Shown: positions 1 to 23,544, numbered from the stretch's first letter. The stretch is 64,000 nt of DNA from Octopus vulgaris (GCA_951406725.2 OX597815.1:58900001-58964000); one strand, 5' to 3'. Made by a program: numbers and translations. Notes: a model not told the origin generated them from the letters alone.

Positions 1-210
1 TGTGGTGAGACTTGACCAAACGACTATAAATAGTAATGGTCTGAGTGAGAGACAGAAACACAGTAGACATTAATTGCAGGAAGTCGTAAGGTGTCGTTTT
101 GCTAGTTTGCCGCAATATCGTTTGTTGGTTCATGTATAGTTAGTTGGATTGTTACATTGTTGTTACCCTGTTTTGTTATGTGTTTAAGTATCATCATAAC
201 AACTGGTGAT
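1..210 (+). mobile_element. Probable Gypsy LTR (possibly partial) with PBS-like sequence
   Basis: TATA-like CTATAAATA at 24-32. Ends ...CATAACA at 201, followed directly by ACTGGTGAT, the usual LTR-end plus TGG primer-binding-site arrangement. No second LTR seen. Confidence 0.4.
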
Positions 211-734
211 ACAACAGTCCTCCACCACTAACATTTCTCATCCCACACACATAACACTGACCATCCTGCCAAACTGCTGTTGATAGTTCATATTCTTTAT
301 TTTCAATGTACTAACTCCCACTGGCTAGTCTGACAGGTAACTCGTTATTCTTGCCTCACTTGTTATTGTCATTTACACATGGCTTCCTTTCTACCAGACC
401 ACTCAGTATCCCCTCTCCCTACCCAAATTGATATGGGCCATTCTTCTCCATATATCTTTCCCTAACTCTAGAAATTTATATATCTGTCCCTTGATGTGAT
501 TGTTAGTTTCTGTCTATCCTCATATTAGTATGACCTTATTTTCTCTGCCTCTTAACCTTCCTCAGTAAACCGAAGTTCTCTATTAAGGTTCTACCTCATT
601 CTCTTTCCAATGATTGATTCTTTCAACACACATTTCACCCACTCATCTCATTTGCCCTCTGATACTGGAACAGATTATTGCTATATGAACAGCTACTATT
701 TGTTTTGCACATTTGTTCTTGAAACAACTGTAAG

Positions 735-945
735 GTGGCAAGTTGGCAGAAAGTTAACATGCCAGGCAAAACGCTTAGTGGTATTTCGTCTGTCTTTATG
801 TTCTGAGTTCAAATTCTAGTAAGGTCAACTTTGCCTTTCATCCTTTTGGGATCAATTAATTAAGTACCAGTTGCATACTGGAGTCAATCTAATTGACTGG
901 CCCCCTCCCCCAAAATTTTGGGCCTTGTGCCTAGAGTTGAAAAGA
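735..945 (+). mobile_element. tRNA-derived SINE with target-site duplication
   Basis: B-box-like GAGTTCAAATTC and central GCCTTTCATCCTTTTGGG...TAAGTACCAG motif. Flanked by a 19-bp direct repeat with 2 mismatches: TTCTTGAAACAACTGTAAG (716-734) and TTCTTGAAACTGCTGTAAG (946-964). Confidence 0.75.
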
Positions 946-1282
946 TTCTTGAAACTGCTGTAAGAAACTCTGCATACCTTGTTACTTCCTTTCGTACTCA
1001 TGTAACAACTCAGCCATCATGTTTAAAGATATAAATTTCATAATCTAACCTGATGCCAGTTGTTTTCCTGTATATACTTTTATTCTGATATAGATTGATA
1101 GCTGACACTTGGCATACCACTGAAACATCTGTGTAGAAATGTAAACAAACTGTGGTGAGTTTGTAGCAAACATATCCAAGCATGTAAATGCACACTATCT
1201 TGTTTTAAATGAGATATTTTTACAAAATAATTCTTGGATAGTAATGTTCATAAATCAGTAAAAACTGTTTTCCAAAATATGA

Positions 1283-1627
1283 GTACCGCATCGACTAGCT
1301 GTGGGCACGTAACAAACGCATCGACTAGCTGTGGGCACGTAACAAACACCATCCGATCGTGGCCGTTCGCCAGCCTCGTCTGGCACCTGTGTCGGTGGCA
1401 CATAAAAAACACCATCCGAGCGTGGCCGTCTGCCACCTGTGTCAGTGGCACATAAAATCACCCACTACACTCTCGGAGTGGTTGGCGTTAGGAAGGGCAT
1501 CCAGCTGTAGAAACACTGCCAGATCTGACTGGCCTGGTGCAGCCTTCGGGCTCCCCAGACCCCAGTTGAACTGTCCAACCCATGCTAGCATGGAAAGCGG
1601 ATGTTAAACGATGATGATGATGATGAT
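1283..1627 (+). mobile_element. RTE-family 3' UTR fragment with (GAT)n tail
   Basis: Matches the 3' UTR of the RTE copy at 60200-60657 (GGTTGGCGTTAGGAAGGGCATCCAGCTGTAGAAAC...CCCATGCTAGCATGG) and ends in (GAT)n. Contains a 30-bp tandem duplication at 1287-1346. Confidence 0.85.
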
Positions 1628-2980
1628 ACCTTACTAGTGCATCTTATCATTTGTTGCTGCTTATGAGCCAGGAACTATACTAATTAGATATTAAAAAATA
1701 AATTAATTATTATGAAATTCCTCATCACTGGTGATAGAAACTGTGTTTAGTGTAATGCTATCCAATACAACTGAATTTGTTCTGAGGTTGTGTACTAGAA
1801 AGACTTACAAAAATTTGAATTCAGCAAGAGTCTATTTAGTTACAGTTCTTATGTTACCTATTCATAAAAAAAATTGGAAGGAGCCAAGTGTTATCTTGGT
1901 TATGTAGACATGCAATTCTGATGAAGGGATATGATTTACTTGATTTATTCTCAAATATTTATACTAGTTGTTAACATCGCAAAATGAGTTTACTTCATAC
2001 ATTTTATTTCCTTTTTCTTTTTTATTTATTAATGATCTGAAGATGAAGTGCAAGAAAGAGTGAAGGCCTGTTTAAATAAGTTTTATAGAAGTATAACTGC
2101 CCCACTAAGTCCCATGACATACATCCGCTGATGGGAAATAACATCATTAGGTGAGACTAAACGGTGAGACTAAACGGTCGTTTAGAAAAAGCGCGGGCTA
2201 AAACTACGCACCTTCACTAGTCAGTTAAGGTGAGACAGTGTCACGTGACAACTTGCTGGGGCTGCCTGCTGGAGCCTATGTGGCAGGTATTTAAAGAGAG
2301 AAATTTGACAAGACAGTCAGTCACCGGCTGACACTCACTGACGATACATCGAAGAGGCCAGGGAATAGAAGAAAGAAGACATGCACTCAACACCAGAGCT
2401 GAAGACACCGCCGAAAGGGGGGGGGGGGCACCACGTCAAAATGGTAGAGGAGTAGGGGCCGAAACCGGACATGGTTCCTCCTGATGATGTCTTGAGCTAA
2501 CTGAATCCTATAAAGGAGCTGTTGTGGTAGCAGACCACGAAACACGGTTGTAATTCCTATGTAAACCTATATTGCTTTCTAACATAGACTAAGGAAACAA
2601 GACACAAAAAAATTTTCATGACAAAATTTTAAATTGGACCAGTCAAAAAATCATGCATTAATTTTTTCCAAAACCAGTTATTGAAGAAGTAATTACTTAA
2701 ACAAATTTCTTCATAGCAAATATTAATTTCAGGTAGCTGTAAAGGTTATAGATGTTATTTATTTTATTATAAATAAAAAGAGAAAACAATATATTTTATT
2801 TACTAAATGGCATCTGCACAAATTTGAGGTTGATGCCCATCTGTTTCAACATCTGATCAAAAATATTTTAATGAAATTTTGACAATCAGTAATGATTACA
2901 TTTAGATTAAATCAGAAATAAATTTTTTAAAAAGTCATCATTCAAAAGTAGAACTGAACATGCCTATTGCTAAAATAGAG

Positions 2981-3669
2981 CTATAAAGGCTGGGAGTTAC
3001 ATAAAGTTCTTAATGTCATATCTTTATAATTAAACTGTGGAGTTTCCAGTGGAGTAAGTACTTCATCAACATAAGTTTGATACTCATTGGCAGTTGTTTT
3101 CTTGGATTTAATATCAAGCTTTTTCTCCAGGTTTTCAATTTTAAGACGTAACAGTTCATTTTCTTCTTGGTAACTTTCCAGACTTTTTTGTAAGGATTGG
3201 TAATTTTCCACTTCTTTTAATAGTAATAAAATATGCTTGCGGAGATCCTCATTTTGAATTTGCAGTTCTTCAATAACTTGCTTGTCATCTTTTGGCATTT
3301 TGGTCATAACAGGTTGTGCTGGAGCATGAATGCGAGAATTTATACAATCAGATAAAGTATCTAAGTTTTTAGCTGCATGAGACTGGTTTCGACTTACGAG
3401 ATACTGAATTAAAGAATCATTTTCTTCAATAGTACGATAAATAGTGACAATACGGGGTTCAAAATCAGCTTTTGGACTATTTGGTGTACTCTGAGGTAAT
3501 CCTGAAGTAGCTGAATGAGAAGGATCTGATTTCTTTAAATCTTCTTGCTGGGCATTCTTTTCTTTCCGTCGAATTATTTCTTGTTGTCGATTATGGTGAC
3601 AATGCTGTAGTTGGAGTGAATCTTTTGCTTGTTCCGAATTTACTTCAGACATAGCCTCTAATACACACT
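2981..3669 (-). CDS. NRBF2: Terminal coding exon of nuclear receptor-binding factor 2 (Atg38 homologue, PI3KC3-C1 autophagy subunit)
   Basis: ECVLEAMSEVNSEQAKDSLQLQHCHHNRQQEII resembles the end of the NRBF2 MIT domain (human AYLSEAMKLTQSEQAHLSLELQ, from memory). KMPKDDKQVIEEL...DLRKHI resembles its coiled coil, and LTPLETPQF the C-terminal motif. Acceptor TTATTTTGCAG ends at 3670 (phase 1); TAG stop at 2981-2983. Confidence 0.85.
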
Positions 3670-4282
3670 CTGCAAAATAAGCCATAAGGATAAATTCATA
3701 AGTAAAAAACATTGATATGATTGACAGAAAGGTAAATAAATATATATGGACATGGATGTAGTTAGGACTTTAATCTTACTGAATTGCATAAATTATTTTC
3801 TATCATAAATTGCAATACAATAAAGCACTCTGAGGTAGTTTTAAACAAAACTGTGTAAGAGATATTTAATTAATATATATTTAGTGTAATAACAACATCA
3901 CCATCAGTCTTCTCGTCTTCCTCTTACTCTCCCCCTTCTCCTCTTATTCTAGGTTTCTCACTTACTACCATGATAACCCACTCCACTCTCTCTCACACAA
4001 CGCTGAACTTAACATTAAATTTTTAACATCTTAGATAAACACTTTACCCTGTCCCACCACCTTATGCAATACCAATTCTTCACTTTAAGAAACCTACAAT
4101 CTAAAAAGAATTAGCAATTGAACATCTTAGTAACACCACATTATACAAAAAAGTGTACATCACACCTAGTCAGCTTGGGATTACTATTAACACTAACTGG
4201 ACCAACATTTTTCACAACAGAAAGTTCTCTAAGAAGACTAAACTTAATTTCGCAACAAAAAATATTTCCCTCCCCTCTTTTT

Positions 4283-4940
4283 ATCATCATCATCATCACC
4301 ACCATCTTTTAACGTCTGCTTTCCATGCTGGCATGGGTTGGAGGACTGGTAAGCTAGGAGGCTGCACCAGGCTCCAATGTGATCTGGCAAGGTTTCTACA
4401 GCTGGATACCCTTCCTAATGCCATCCACTTCAAGAGTGTAGTGGGTGCTTTTTACATGCCACTGGCACAGGGGTCAGTCAGGCAGCATTGGCATCAACCA
4501 TGCTTAAATGGTGCTTTTTACGTGCCATTGACATGGGAACTAGTTAGGCGACACTGGCATTGACCATGCTCAAATGCTGCTTTTTATGTGCCACCAGTAC
4601 GGGAGCCAGTCAGGTGGCACTTGCATCGACCACACTCAAATGGTGCTTTTTACATGTCACTAGCATAGGTGCAGTCAGGCGGCATTGGCATCGGCCACAA
4701 CTATAATTTCATTTGACTCAACAGCATATTGCTTAACGATTGAAGGGTACTTTTCAACAGATCAGTTATGTGACACTGGCATTGGCCACAGGTTCGATCT
4801 CACTTAGCTTGCTGGGTCCTCTCAAGCACAGCATATTTCCAAAGGTTGTGCTTCACCACCTCACCCCATGTCTTCCTGGATCTACCTCTTCCACAGGTGG
4901 CCTCCAATGATAGGGTATGACACTTCTTCACACAGCTGTC
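4283..4940 (-). mobile_element. RTE LINE 3' end (ORF tail, 3' UTR with ~57-bp internal repeats, (GAT)n tail)
   Basis: (CAT)n at the left end, repeated GGTGCTTTTTACGTGCCA units, and degenerate GRGRSRKTW-type coding sequence at the right end. Confidence 0.8.
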
Positions 4941-5039
4941 CATACAGACTCATAAACCTAGGCCCAAACTTAAAATCAGACCTATAGTCTCAGGAATTGA
5001 TGGTCTTTATAAATTTTTTGGCTTCTAAACTCCTCGAAC

Positions 5040-5683
5040 CTTTACTCTATCCCTAATTAGTTGGGCTATGGACCTCTCCATGACCTTCATTACCTGCAGC
5101 TGTCTTACCAGAAATATAGCATCAATGGTGCAAACCCAAACTGCATCTCATCTAAACTGACTCTCTCCCTAATTAGTTAAGCTATGACTCTCTCCGTGAC
5201 CTTCATTACCTGATCCAACAACTTGACACCTTTGTAATTATAATACACACTCTGCAAAATAAGCCTTAAGTGTCACCTTTACCTGTGTAGCAGTTGACTA
5301 TTATGCTGCTACACCAGTCATTGGGTATGACTCCTTCATATATCACCTGGTTAACTATATGGGTAACTAGGCTATAGCCGACACTGCCAGATATTTTGAG
5401 CATCTCTGCAGTAATTCCTGATGGGCCGGGGGCTTTTCCTGTCTTCATACTCTTAATTGCCTTATCTACCAAGGTACTGTCAACTCGGATAGCTGGTCCC
5501 TCTGTTGGGTCGACATTCAGCAGACTCTCTATCTCCCATTCATTTTCTTTATTGAGCAACCTTTCATAGTGGCATCTCCAAACCTCTCTCTTTGCAGCCT
5601 CGTTTAGTGCAAGTGAACCATCATCCATGCAGACACATTTCTCTCCTATAACATCACGATTCTCTCTCACACACTGTCTTGAA
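5040..5683 (-). mobile_element. RTE LINE internal fragment (N-terminal RT region)
   Basis: ORF 5266-5670 (KAIKSMKTGKAPGPSGITAEMLK...IPNDWCSSIIV) belongs to the same family as 58174-58770. Confidence 0.85.
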
Positions 5684-5685
5684 AC

Positions 5686-7190
5686 ACCTCAAAATGTTTA
5701 CAATTGGAATGTGTTATTGTTCCAGTTCAATACTCTGATTGGGCAGCTCTCATTGTACCAGTGATGAAGCAGGATGGCTCAGTGCGCATTTGCAGAGATT
5801 ATAAACTTACAGTCAACCGGTCAACTGTTTTAGACAAGCACTTGTTACTTAAAATGGAAGAAATGTATGCAACTCTGCCTGGAGGCCAAAAGTTCACAAA
5901 AATCGATCTCAGTCATGCATATTCCCAGATGCTTATTCTTGTGCTTGCACTACAATTGCTACCCATATTGCGTTGTTTCAATTTACTAGATTACCATTTG
6001 GAATTAATACAGCCCCAGGAATTTTTCAATGCATTATCAACAACATTGTTAAAGATGTACCATGGGCTTGTGCATACCTAGATGATTTACTAATCACCGA
6101 GCATTCTGATGATGAACATCTTCATTACATTATCTATCATACTTGCTCATCTTCACAAAAGCGGATTAAAACTGAAGAACAAATGTGAGTTTTTTTTTTT
6201 ATTCTGTTTGTTATCTTGGTTACCAACTTAATAAAGATGGTTTGCAAATTAGGAGTGATTAAAGTGCAGTCTATTTTAAATGCACCAGAACTTAAAAACA
6301 ATAGTGAGTTAAGATCATATGTAAGAATGTTATCACATTATTGTCGTTTTTTACTAAATATTTCAACTGTGTTGATATCCTTATATTCCTCATTGCGTAG
6401 AGATTCCTTTGGGGGTGGAATGTTACTTACTAGTTCATCTGTACTTGTGCATTATGATCTGCATGAAACATTTAATGCTAGGTGTGGCCCTTTGTCATCG
6501 AATGAACGGCAGTACTGTTTGTCCTGTAGCTTTTGCCTCATGTACTCTGTTACCAGCTGAAAAGAACTATTCTCAGTTGGACAAAGAAGCACTTGCAATT
6601 TTATTTTGTGTCAAGTAATTCCATTAATATATTTCGTCGTTTTGAAATTTATACTGATCATAAACCTTTGATTGCACTACTTGGAGAAGAGTGGAGTATT
6701 CAGCAAGTGTGCTAACCAAGAATGCAGAGATGGGCTTTGATGTTAAATGCTTATAGTTATAGTATGTATTACGTTCCTGGGACTAAGAATGTTACTGCTG
6801 ATGTATTGAGTCGTTTACGCTTGACTTCTTTGTTACACAAAATTGAACAACCAGCAGAAGTGGTACACATGATGCAACATTTTAGCAGCACACCTATCTG
6901 AGAATAGGATATACTTTGACTAACAGACAAGAATCAAATACTGTCCAGTATCAAACATTATCTTTTAAGAGGGTGGCCATCCAAAACAAGTGTAGAATTA
7001 AAACCATTTTTACAGCGTAAAGATGAACTGAGTCTGCACAAGGGTTGTATATTTTGGGGTCTTCGTATAATTGTACCCCTTAAATTAAAACAATAATTGC
7101 TTAATGAACTGCATGATACTCATCCAGGCATAAATCAAATGAAAGCATTATCTTGAAGCTACTGTTGGTGGCCCAATTTGGATGCTGAGA
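5686..7190 (+). mobile_element. Degenerate Ty3/Gypsy pol fragment (RT, RNase H, start of integrase)
   Basis: Motifs SDWAALIVPVMKQDGSVRICRDYK, RLPFG, YLDD, PVAFAS...EKNYSQLDKEALAI, YTDHKPL and LHDTHPG...WWPNLD. Many stops and frameshifts. Confidence 0.9.
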
Positions 7191-9130
7191 ATCGTAATGT
7201 CACAGGAGAGAAATGTGTCCACATGGATGATGGTTCACTTGCATTAAACGAGGCTGCAAAGAGAGAGGTTTGGAGATGCCACTATGAAAGGTTGCTAAAT
7301 AAAGAGAATGAATGAGAGATAGAGAGTCTGCCGAATGCTGACCCAACATAGAGACCAGCTATCTGAATTGACAGTACCTTGGTAGATACAGCAATTAATG
7401 GTATGACGACAGGGTAAGCCCTCGGTCCATCAGGAATCACCGCAGCAATGGTCATAATATCTGGCAGTGTCAACTATAGTCTAGTCACCCGTATAGTTAA
7501 CCAGGTAATACACAAAGGAGTCATACCCAATGACTGGTGTAGCAACACCATAGTCAACTGCAACAAAGGTACAGGTGACGTTTTCGATACAAATAATTAC
7601 AGAGTTATCAAGTTGTTGGATCAGGTAATGAAGGTCACGTAGAGGGTCATAGCCAAACTAATTAGGGAGAGAGTCAGTCTAGATGAAATGCAGTTTGGGT
7701 TCGTGCCAGGAAAAAGCACCGTTGATGCTATATTTCTGGTAAGACATCTGCAGCCAAAGATAAACCTCTGTACCTGGCATTCGGTGACATGGAGAAAGCC
7801 TCTGACAGGGTCGCCTGATCACTTATCTGGTGGTCAATGAGGAAACTAGGGATAGATGAATGGTTAGTGAGAGCTGTGCAAGCCATGTACAGGGATGCTG
7901 TCAGTAAGGTGAGATTGGCAATGAGTACAGTGAAGATTTCTGGGTAAGGGTAGGAGCCCACCAAGGATCAGTCTTCAGCCCCCTCTTATTCCTCCAAGCA
8001 ATAACAGAGGAATTCAAGACAGGATGCCCCTGGGAGCTCCTCTATGCTGATGACCTTGCTCTAATAGCTGAGTCACTATCAGAATTAGAGGAAAAATTTC
8101 AGGTCTGGAAGCAAGGATTAGAATCAAAGGGCTTTAGAGTCAACCTAGCTAAAACCAAAGTCTTAATAAATAGGAAGGCAGACAAACCACAAATCCCTCC
8201 AGGTAGATGGCCCTGCTCAATCTGTAGAAAAGGTGTAAGTAGAAACTCCATAAGATGTACCCAGTGTAAGCTATGGACACATAAGAAGAGCAGCAATAAC
8301 AAAGGAAGGTTAACTGGGAAGATAGTTTGTTTCTTTTACATGGCAAATGCTCAGGTGCAATAAACACTGAAAATGTGCTGAGAACAGCTTCTGTCACATT
8401 CCAAGAAGAAAAACTACAAGTAGTTGATAGCTTCTATTACCTAGGCGACCAAGTCAGTAGCAGGGGTGAATGTTCTGAAAGTGTAGCTCCTAGAATAAGA
8501 ATAGCCTGGGCAAAGTTCAGAGAGCTCCTCCCTCTGCTGGTGAAAGGGACTATATGATGCATGTGTATGAATAGCCATGCCACATAGCTGAGAACATGCG
8601 TAAGCTTGCAAGGAATGAAACCAGCATGCTCTGCAGGATGTGTAATGTCAGTGTGCATACTCAACAGAGTGTAAGGAACTTGAGAGAAAAGTTGGACCTA
8701 AGAAGCATCAGATGTGGTGCGCATGAGGACAACTGCACTGGTATTGTCGTGCTGTGAATGAATGAGGACAGCTGCATGAAAAAGTGTCACACCCTAGCAA
8801 TTGAGATAACCTGTGGAAGAGGTAGACCCAGGAAGACCTGGGATGAGGTGGTGAAGCATGACCATCAAACATTAGGCCATACCAAGGCAATGACTAGTGA
8901 CCAAGACCTTTGGAGAAATGCTGTGCTTGAGAAGACCTGACAAGCCAAGTGAGACCATAACCCATGGCCTATGCCATTGGGTGTAACCAGCCCACTTATG
9001 AGTACTCTTCATTCATTGGACAATAAACTTTGCTTGTGAAGACCTGTTGAGGCAAGTGAAATTAAAATCAAAATCGCTGACATGAGTGATGACAGTACCG
9101 CCTGATTAGCGCCCATGCTGGTGGCATGTA
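7188..9130 (+). mobile_element. 5'-truncated, degenerate RTE LINE (RT, Cys-rich finger, C-terminus, partial 3' UTR)
   Basis: YADD (CTCTATGCTGATGAC at ~8040), GRWPCSICRKG and GRGRPRKTWDEVVKHD. Collinear with 58230-60200. Confidence 0.9.
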
Positions 9131-9134
9131 AACA

Positions 9135-9372
9135 CACCAGCATTGGTTGTCAAACGATGTTGGGGGGACAAACATAGAGACACATATATGCACATGTATA
9201 CATACATATAAGACAGGCTTCTTTCAGTTTCCGTCTTCCAAATCCACTCACAAGGCTTTGGTCAGCCCGAGGCTATAGCAGAAGACACTTGCATAAAGTG
9301 CCATGCAGTTGGACTGAACCTGGAATCATGTGGTTGGTAAGCAAGCTACTCACCTCACAAACAGTCCTGCAC
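9135..9372 (-). mobile_element. tRNA-derived SINE, 5' portion
   Basis: Same family as 34996-35400 and 51725-52135 (CAAATCCACTCACAAGGCTTTGGTC...GGACTGAACC). Confidence 0.8.
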
Positions 9373-9508
9373 CTAATATATATATATATATATATATATA
9401 TAAACAAGAAGGGTAGTAATATTATTTACTACCAGGTGCCCAGCACAAAAGACGAATTAGTCATAAGACAAAAATATTATTCATATAGAAAAATATTATT
9501 CATGTAGT

Positions 9509-9593
9509 TATACAATTAGGGGCTCCTAAATTAAGATGCCGAGTGCTGGGAACAGCACCTCGGCATCTTAATTTAGGAGCCCTTAATTGTATA
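9509..9593. repeat. Near-perfect ~85-bp hairpin palindrome
   Basis: TACAATTAGGGGCTCCTAAATTAAGATGCCGAG-TGCTG / GGAA / CAGCAC-CTCGGCATCTTAATTTAGGAGCCCTTAATTGTA. Confidence 0.9.
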
Positions 9594-9605
9594 TATATAT
9601 ATATA

Positions 9606-9643
<38 letters not shown>

Positions 9644-9782
9644 CATATACATATATATACATATACATACATATACATATATATATATATATACATATAT
9701 ATAAATTCAGGGTGAATACTTGATAAATGTAAGCACCTGTATATGCCAGCTAGTAGCATAGGTGAGAGAATATATGTGACAA

Positions 9783-10185
9783 ATGAAATAAATGAAAAAC
9801 ACGACACAAAGGATGTTGTGGACATAGTACTTCGAGCTTTATAGAACAACTTATTCTTACATCAGGATGTATAAATCGACATAACAGATAGTTCAAAAGC
9901 CCTCTGCAGCCACATGCAACTGTTACTCCAAGACTTGTATCACATTACTTGTAAGGTTTGAGAAAAACATTTGGTATTGTTTATAATAGTAGGTAAACTG
10001 AGTATGTATTTTCAAACCTTTCATAATGTGATACAAGTCTTTCGTGTAGCAATTGCATGCTAAGTTGAAGGAGGACATAATCTGTTATGTCGATTATGCA
10101 TTCATGTAAGAATAAGTTGTTCTATAAAGCTCGTCAAACATATGTATCGCAACATCCTTTGTGTCGTGTATTTTTTATATCATTA
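9783..10185. repeat. Imperfect ~400-bp fold-back element between (TA)n tracts
   Basis: ACACGACACAAAGGATGTTG pairs with CAACATCCTTTGTGTCGTGT. CGAGCTTTATAGAACAACTTATTCTTACAT pairs with ATGTAAGAATAAGTTGTTCTATAAAGCTCG. AAGACTTGTATCACATTA pairs with TAATGTGATACAAGTCTT. Confidence 0.85.
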
Positions 10186-10189
10186 TATT

Positions 10190-10236
<47 letters not shown>

Positions 10237-10250
10237 TATATACATACATA

Positions 10251-10284
<34 letters not shown>

Positions 10285-10344
10285 CATATATATACATACA
10301 TACCATATATATATATACATACATATATATATATATATACATAC

Positions 10345-10375
<31 letters not shown>

Positions 10376-10400
10376 CATACACATATATATGTATATATAC

Positions 10401-10433
<33 letters not shown>

Positions 10434-10434
10434 C

Positions 10435-10507
<73 letters not shown>

Positions 10508-10530
10508 TATACATATATATATATACATAC

Positions 10531-10561
<31 letters not shown>

Positions 10562-10983
10562 CACATATATATATATATATATACATACATACATATATAT
10601 ATATATATACATACATACATATATATATATATACATACGTACATACATATCACATACATATACATATATATATACATATATATATACATATATATATATA
10701 CAATACATACATACATATATATATATATACATATACATATATATACATATACATATAATATACATATACATATATATATATACATATACATATATATACA
10801 TATACATATATATATATATACATACATATATATATATACATATACATATATACATACACACACACACACACACATATACATATATATATATACGTATATA
10901 CATATACATATATATATATATACATATACATACATATATATATATATATACGTATACATATATATATATATATATACATACGT

Positions 10984-11014
<31 letters not shown>

Positions 11015-11275
11015 TACATACATATATATATATATATATATATACATACGTACATACATATATATATATATATATATATCATACGTACATATATATATAT
11101 ATATATATATACATACGTACACATATACACACATATATATATACATATACATACATATATACATACATATATATATATATACATACGTACATACATATAT
11201 ATATATACATACGTACATACATACATATATATATATATATATACGTACATACATATATATATATATATACATACG

Positions 11276-11332
<57 letters not shown>

Positions 11333-11353
11333 GTATGTATATATCTATATATA
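10186..11353. repeat. (TA)n/(TACA)n compound microsatellite
   Basis: Directly visible. Confidence 0.97.
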
Positions 11354-11870
11354 CTCTTTTACTCTTTTACTTGTTTCAGCCATCCGGCTGAGGCCATGCT
11401 GGGGCACCGCCCTTGTTGCTACCCTCTCTAAGTCCAGTTTGCCGTGGCTGGCCACTGATCTAAGAGAGAGTTTGTAGCTGCTGCCCTTAGGTTACCTTTG
11501 TACCTTGCAGTGGGTTCATCTGGGATCCCGGAAAGCAGCTTGTCTAGATGTTTTTTGAAAATGTCCACATCCGCATCATGTAGATCTCTTAGTTTTCTTG
11601 GCAGTTTGTTGAACAGCTGAGGGCCTCTGAACCCCAGGCTATTACAGTATCTGCTTCTTACCCTGGATGTGGAAGACGGGACCTTTGGCACCACACAGTG
11701 ACGTCCTGTACGGGGATTGGAACAGCTCTCAATTCCAAAATTTGGTGCTAGTCCCTCCAGGATTTTCCATATGTATATCACTGCATATCTCTCTCGTCTT
11801 CGTTCCAAGGAGTACAAATTGAGTTCCCTAAGCCTCTCCCAATAGTTCTTTTCTTTCATGGTGGAAATCC
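11354..11870 (-). mobile_element. CR1-group LINE 3' fragment (family B) with (AAAAGAGT)n tail
   Basis: [31 protein letters not shown]...GPQLFNKLP...PDEP...RAAATNSL, homologous to the ORF2 C-terminus at 26300-26741. Confidence 0.92.
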
Positions 11871-17771
<5,901 letters not shown>

Positions 17772-17774
<3 letters not shown>

Positions 17775-18139
17775 CTCTTTTACTTGTTTCAGCCAGCCAT
17801 CCGGCTGAGGCCATGCTGGGGCACCGCCCTTGTTGCTACCCTCTCTAAGTCCAGTTTGCCGTGGCTGGCCACTGATCTAAGAGAGAGTTTGTAGCTGCTG
17901 CCCTTAGGTTACCTTCGTACCTTGCAGTGGGTTCATCTGGGATCCCGGAAAGCAGCTTGTCTAGATGTTTTTTGAAAATGTCCACATCCGCATCATGTAG
18001 ATCTCTTAGTTTTCTTGGCAGTTTGTTGAACAGCTGAGGGCCCCTGAACCCCAGGCTATTACAGTATCTGCTCCTTACCCTGGATGTGGAAGACGGGACC
18101 TTTGGCACCACACAGTGACGTCCTGTACGGGGATTGGAA
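17772..18139 (-). mobile_element. Second, near-identical CR1-group family B 3' fragment, cut by the gap
   Basis: Almost base-for-base the same as 11359-11722; ends at the N run. Confidence 0.9.
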
Positions 18140-18239
18140 NNNNNNNNNNNNNNNNNNNNNNNNNNNNNNNNNNNNNNNNNNNNNNNNNNNNNNNNNNNNN
18201 NNNNNNNNNNNNNNNNNNNNNNNNNNNNNNNNNNNNNNN
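18140..18239. other. Assembly gap (100 N)
   Basis: Run of N. Confidence 1.
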
Positions 18240-18301
<62 letters not shown>

Positions 18302-18373
18302 ATATATATGGATATATATATATCCATCAGCATTGCCCAAATGATGTTGGCATCACCTATATATATATATATA

Positions 18374-18476
<103 letters not shown>

Positions 18477-18490
18477 TATATATAAATATA

Positions 18491-18715
18491 TGAGGTAATC
18501 ATATATGGTAATCATATTTGTAGATATTTATTTATATATTACATTTTTTACATATATATCATATCATTTGGATTAGCGTTGTTCCCATTCTAGTGGGTTT
18601 TGAAAACCCACTAGAATGGGAGCAAGCGCTAATCCAAATGATATGATATATATGTAAAAAATGTAATATATAAATAAATATCTACAAATATGAACCATCT
18701 GATCTGATTACCTCA
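18491..18715. repeat. ~225-bp near-perfect palindrome centred on 18602
   Basis: ...CCCATTCTAGTGGGTTTT-G-AAAACCCACTAGAATGGG..., with arms extending to TCATATTTGTAGATATTTA / TAAATATCTACAAATATGA and TGAGGTAATCA / TGATTACCTCA. Confidence 0.92.
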
Positions 18716-18758
18716 ATTTTTCTAATATATAATACCTGTACATCATCTCCAAACCTTC

Positions 18759-23544
<4,786 letters not shown>

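Noticed and set aside
655-735. Hammerhead-like CTGATAC...GGAACA/TGTTCT...GAAACAACTGTA
   Set aside because: The core is mutated and a SINE has inserted at stem I; at best a dead relic.
3670-3712. MFFTYEFILMAYFA N-terminus of the 243-aa ORF
   Set aside because: It lies upstream of a clear splice acceptor and is intronic read-through.
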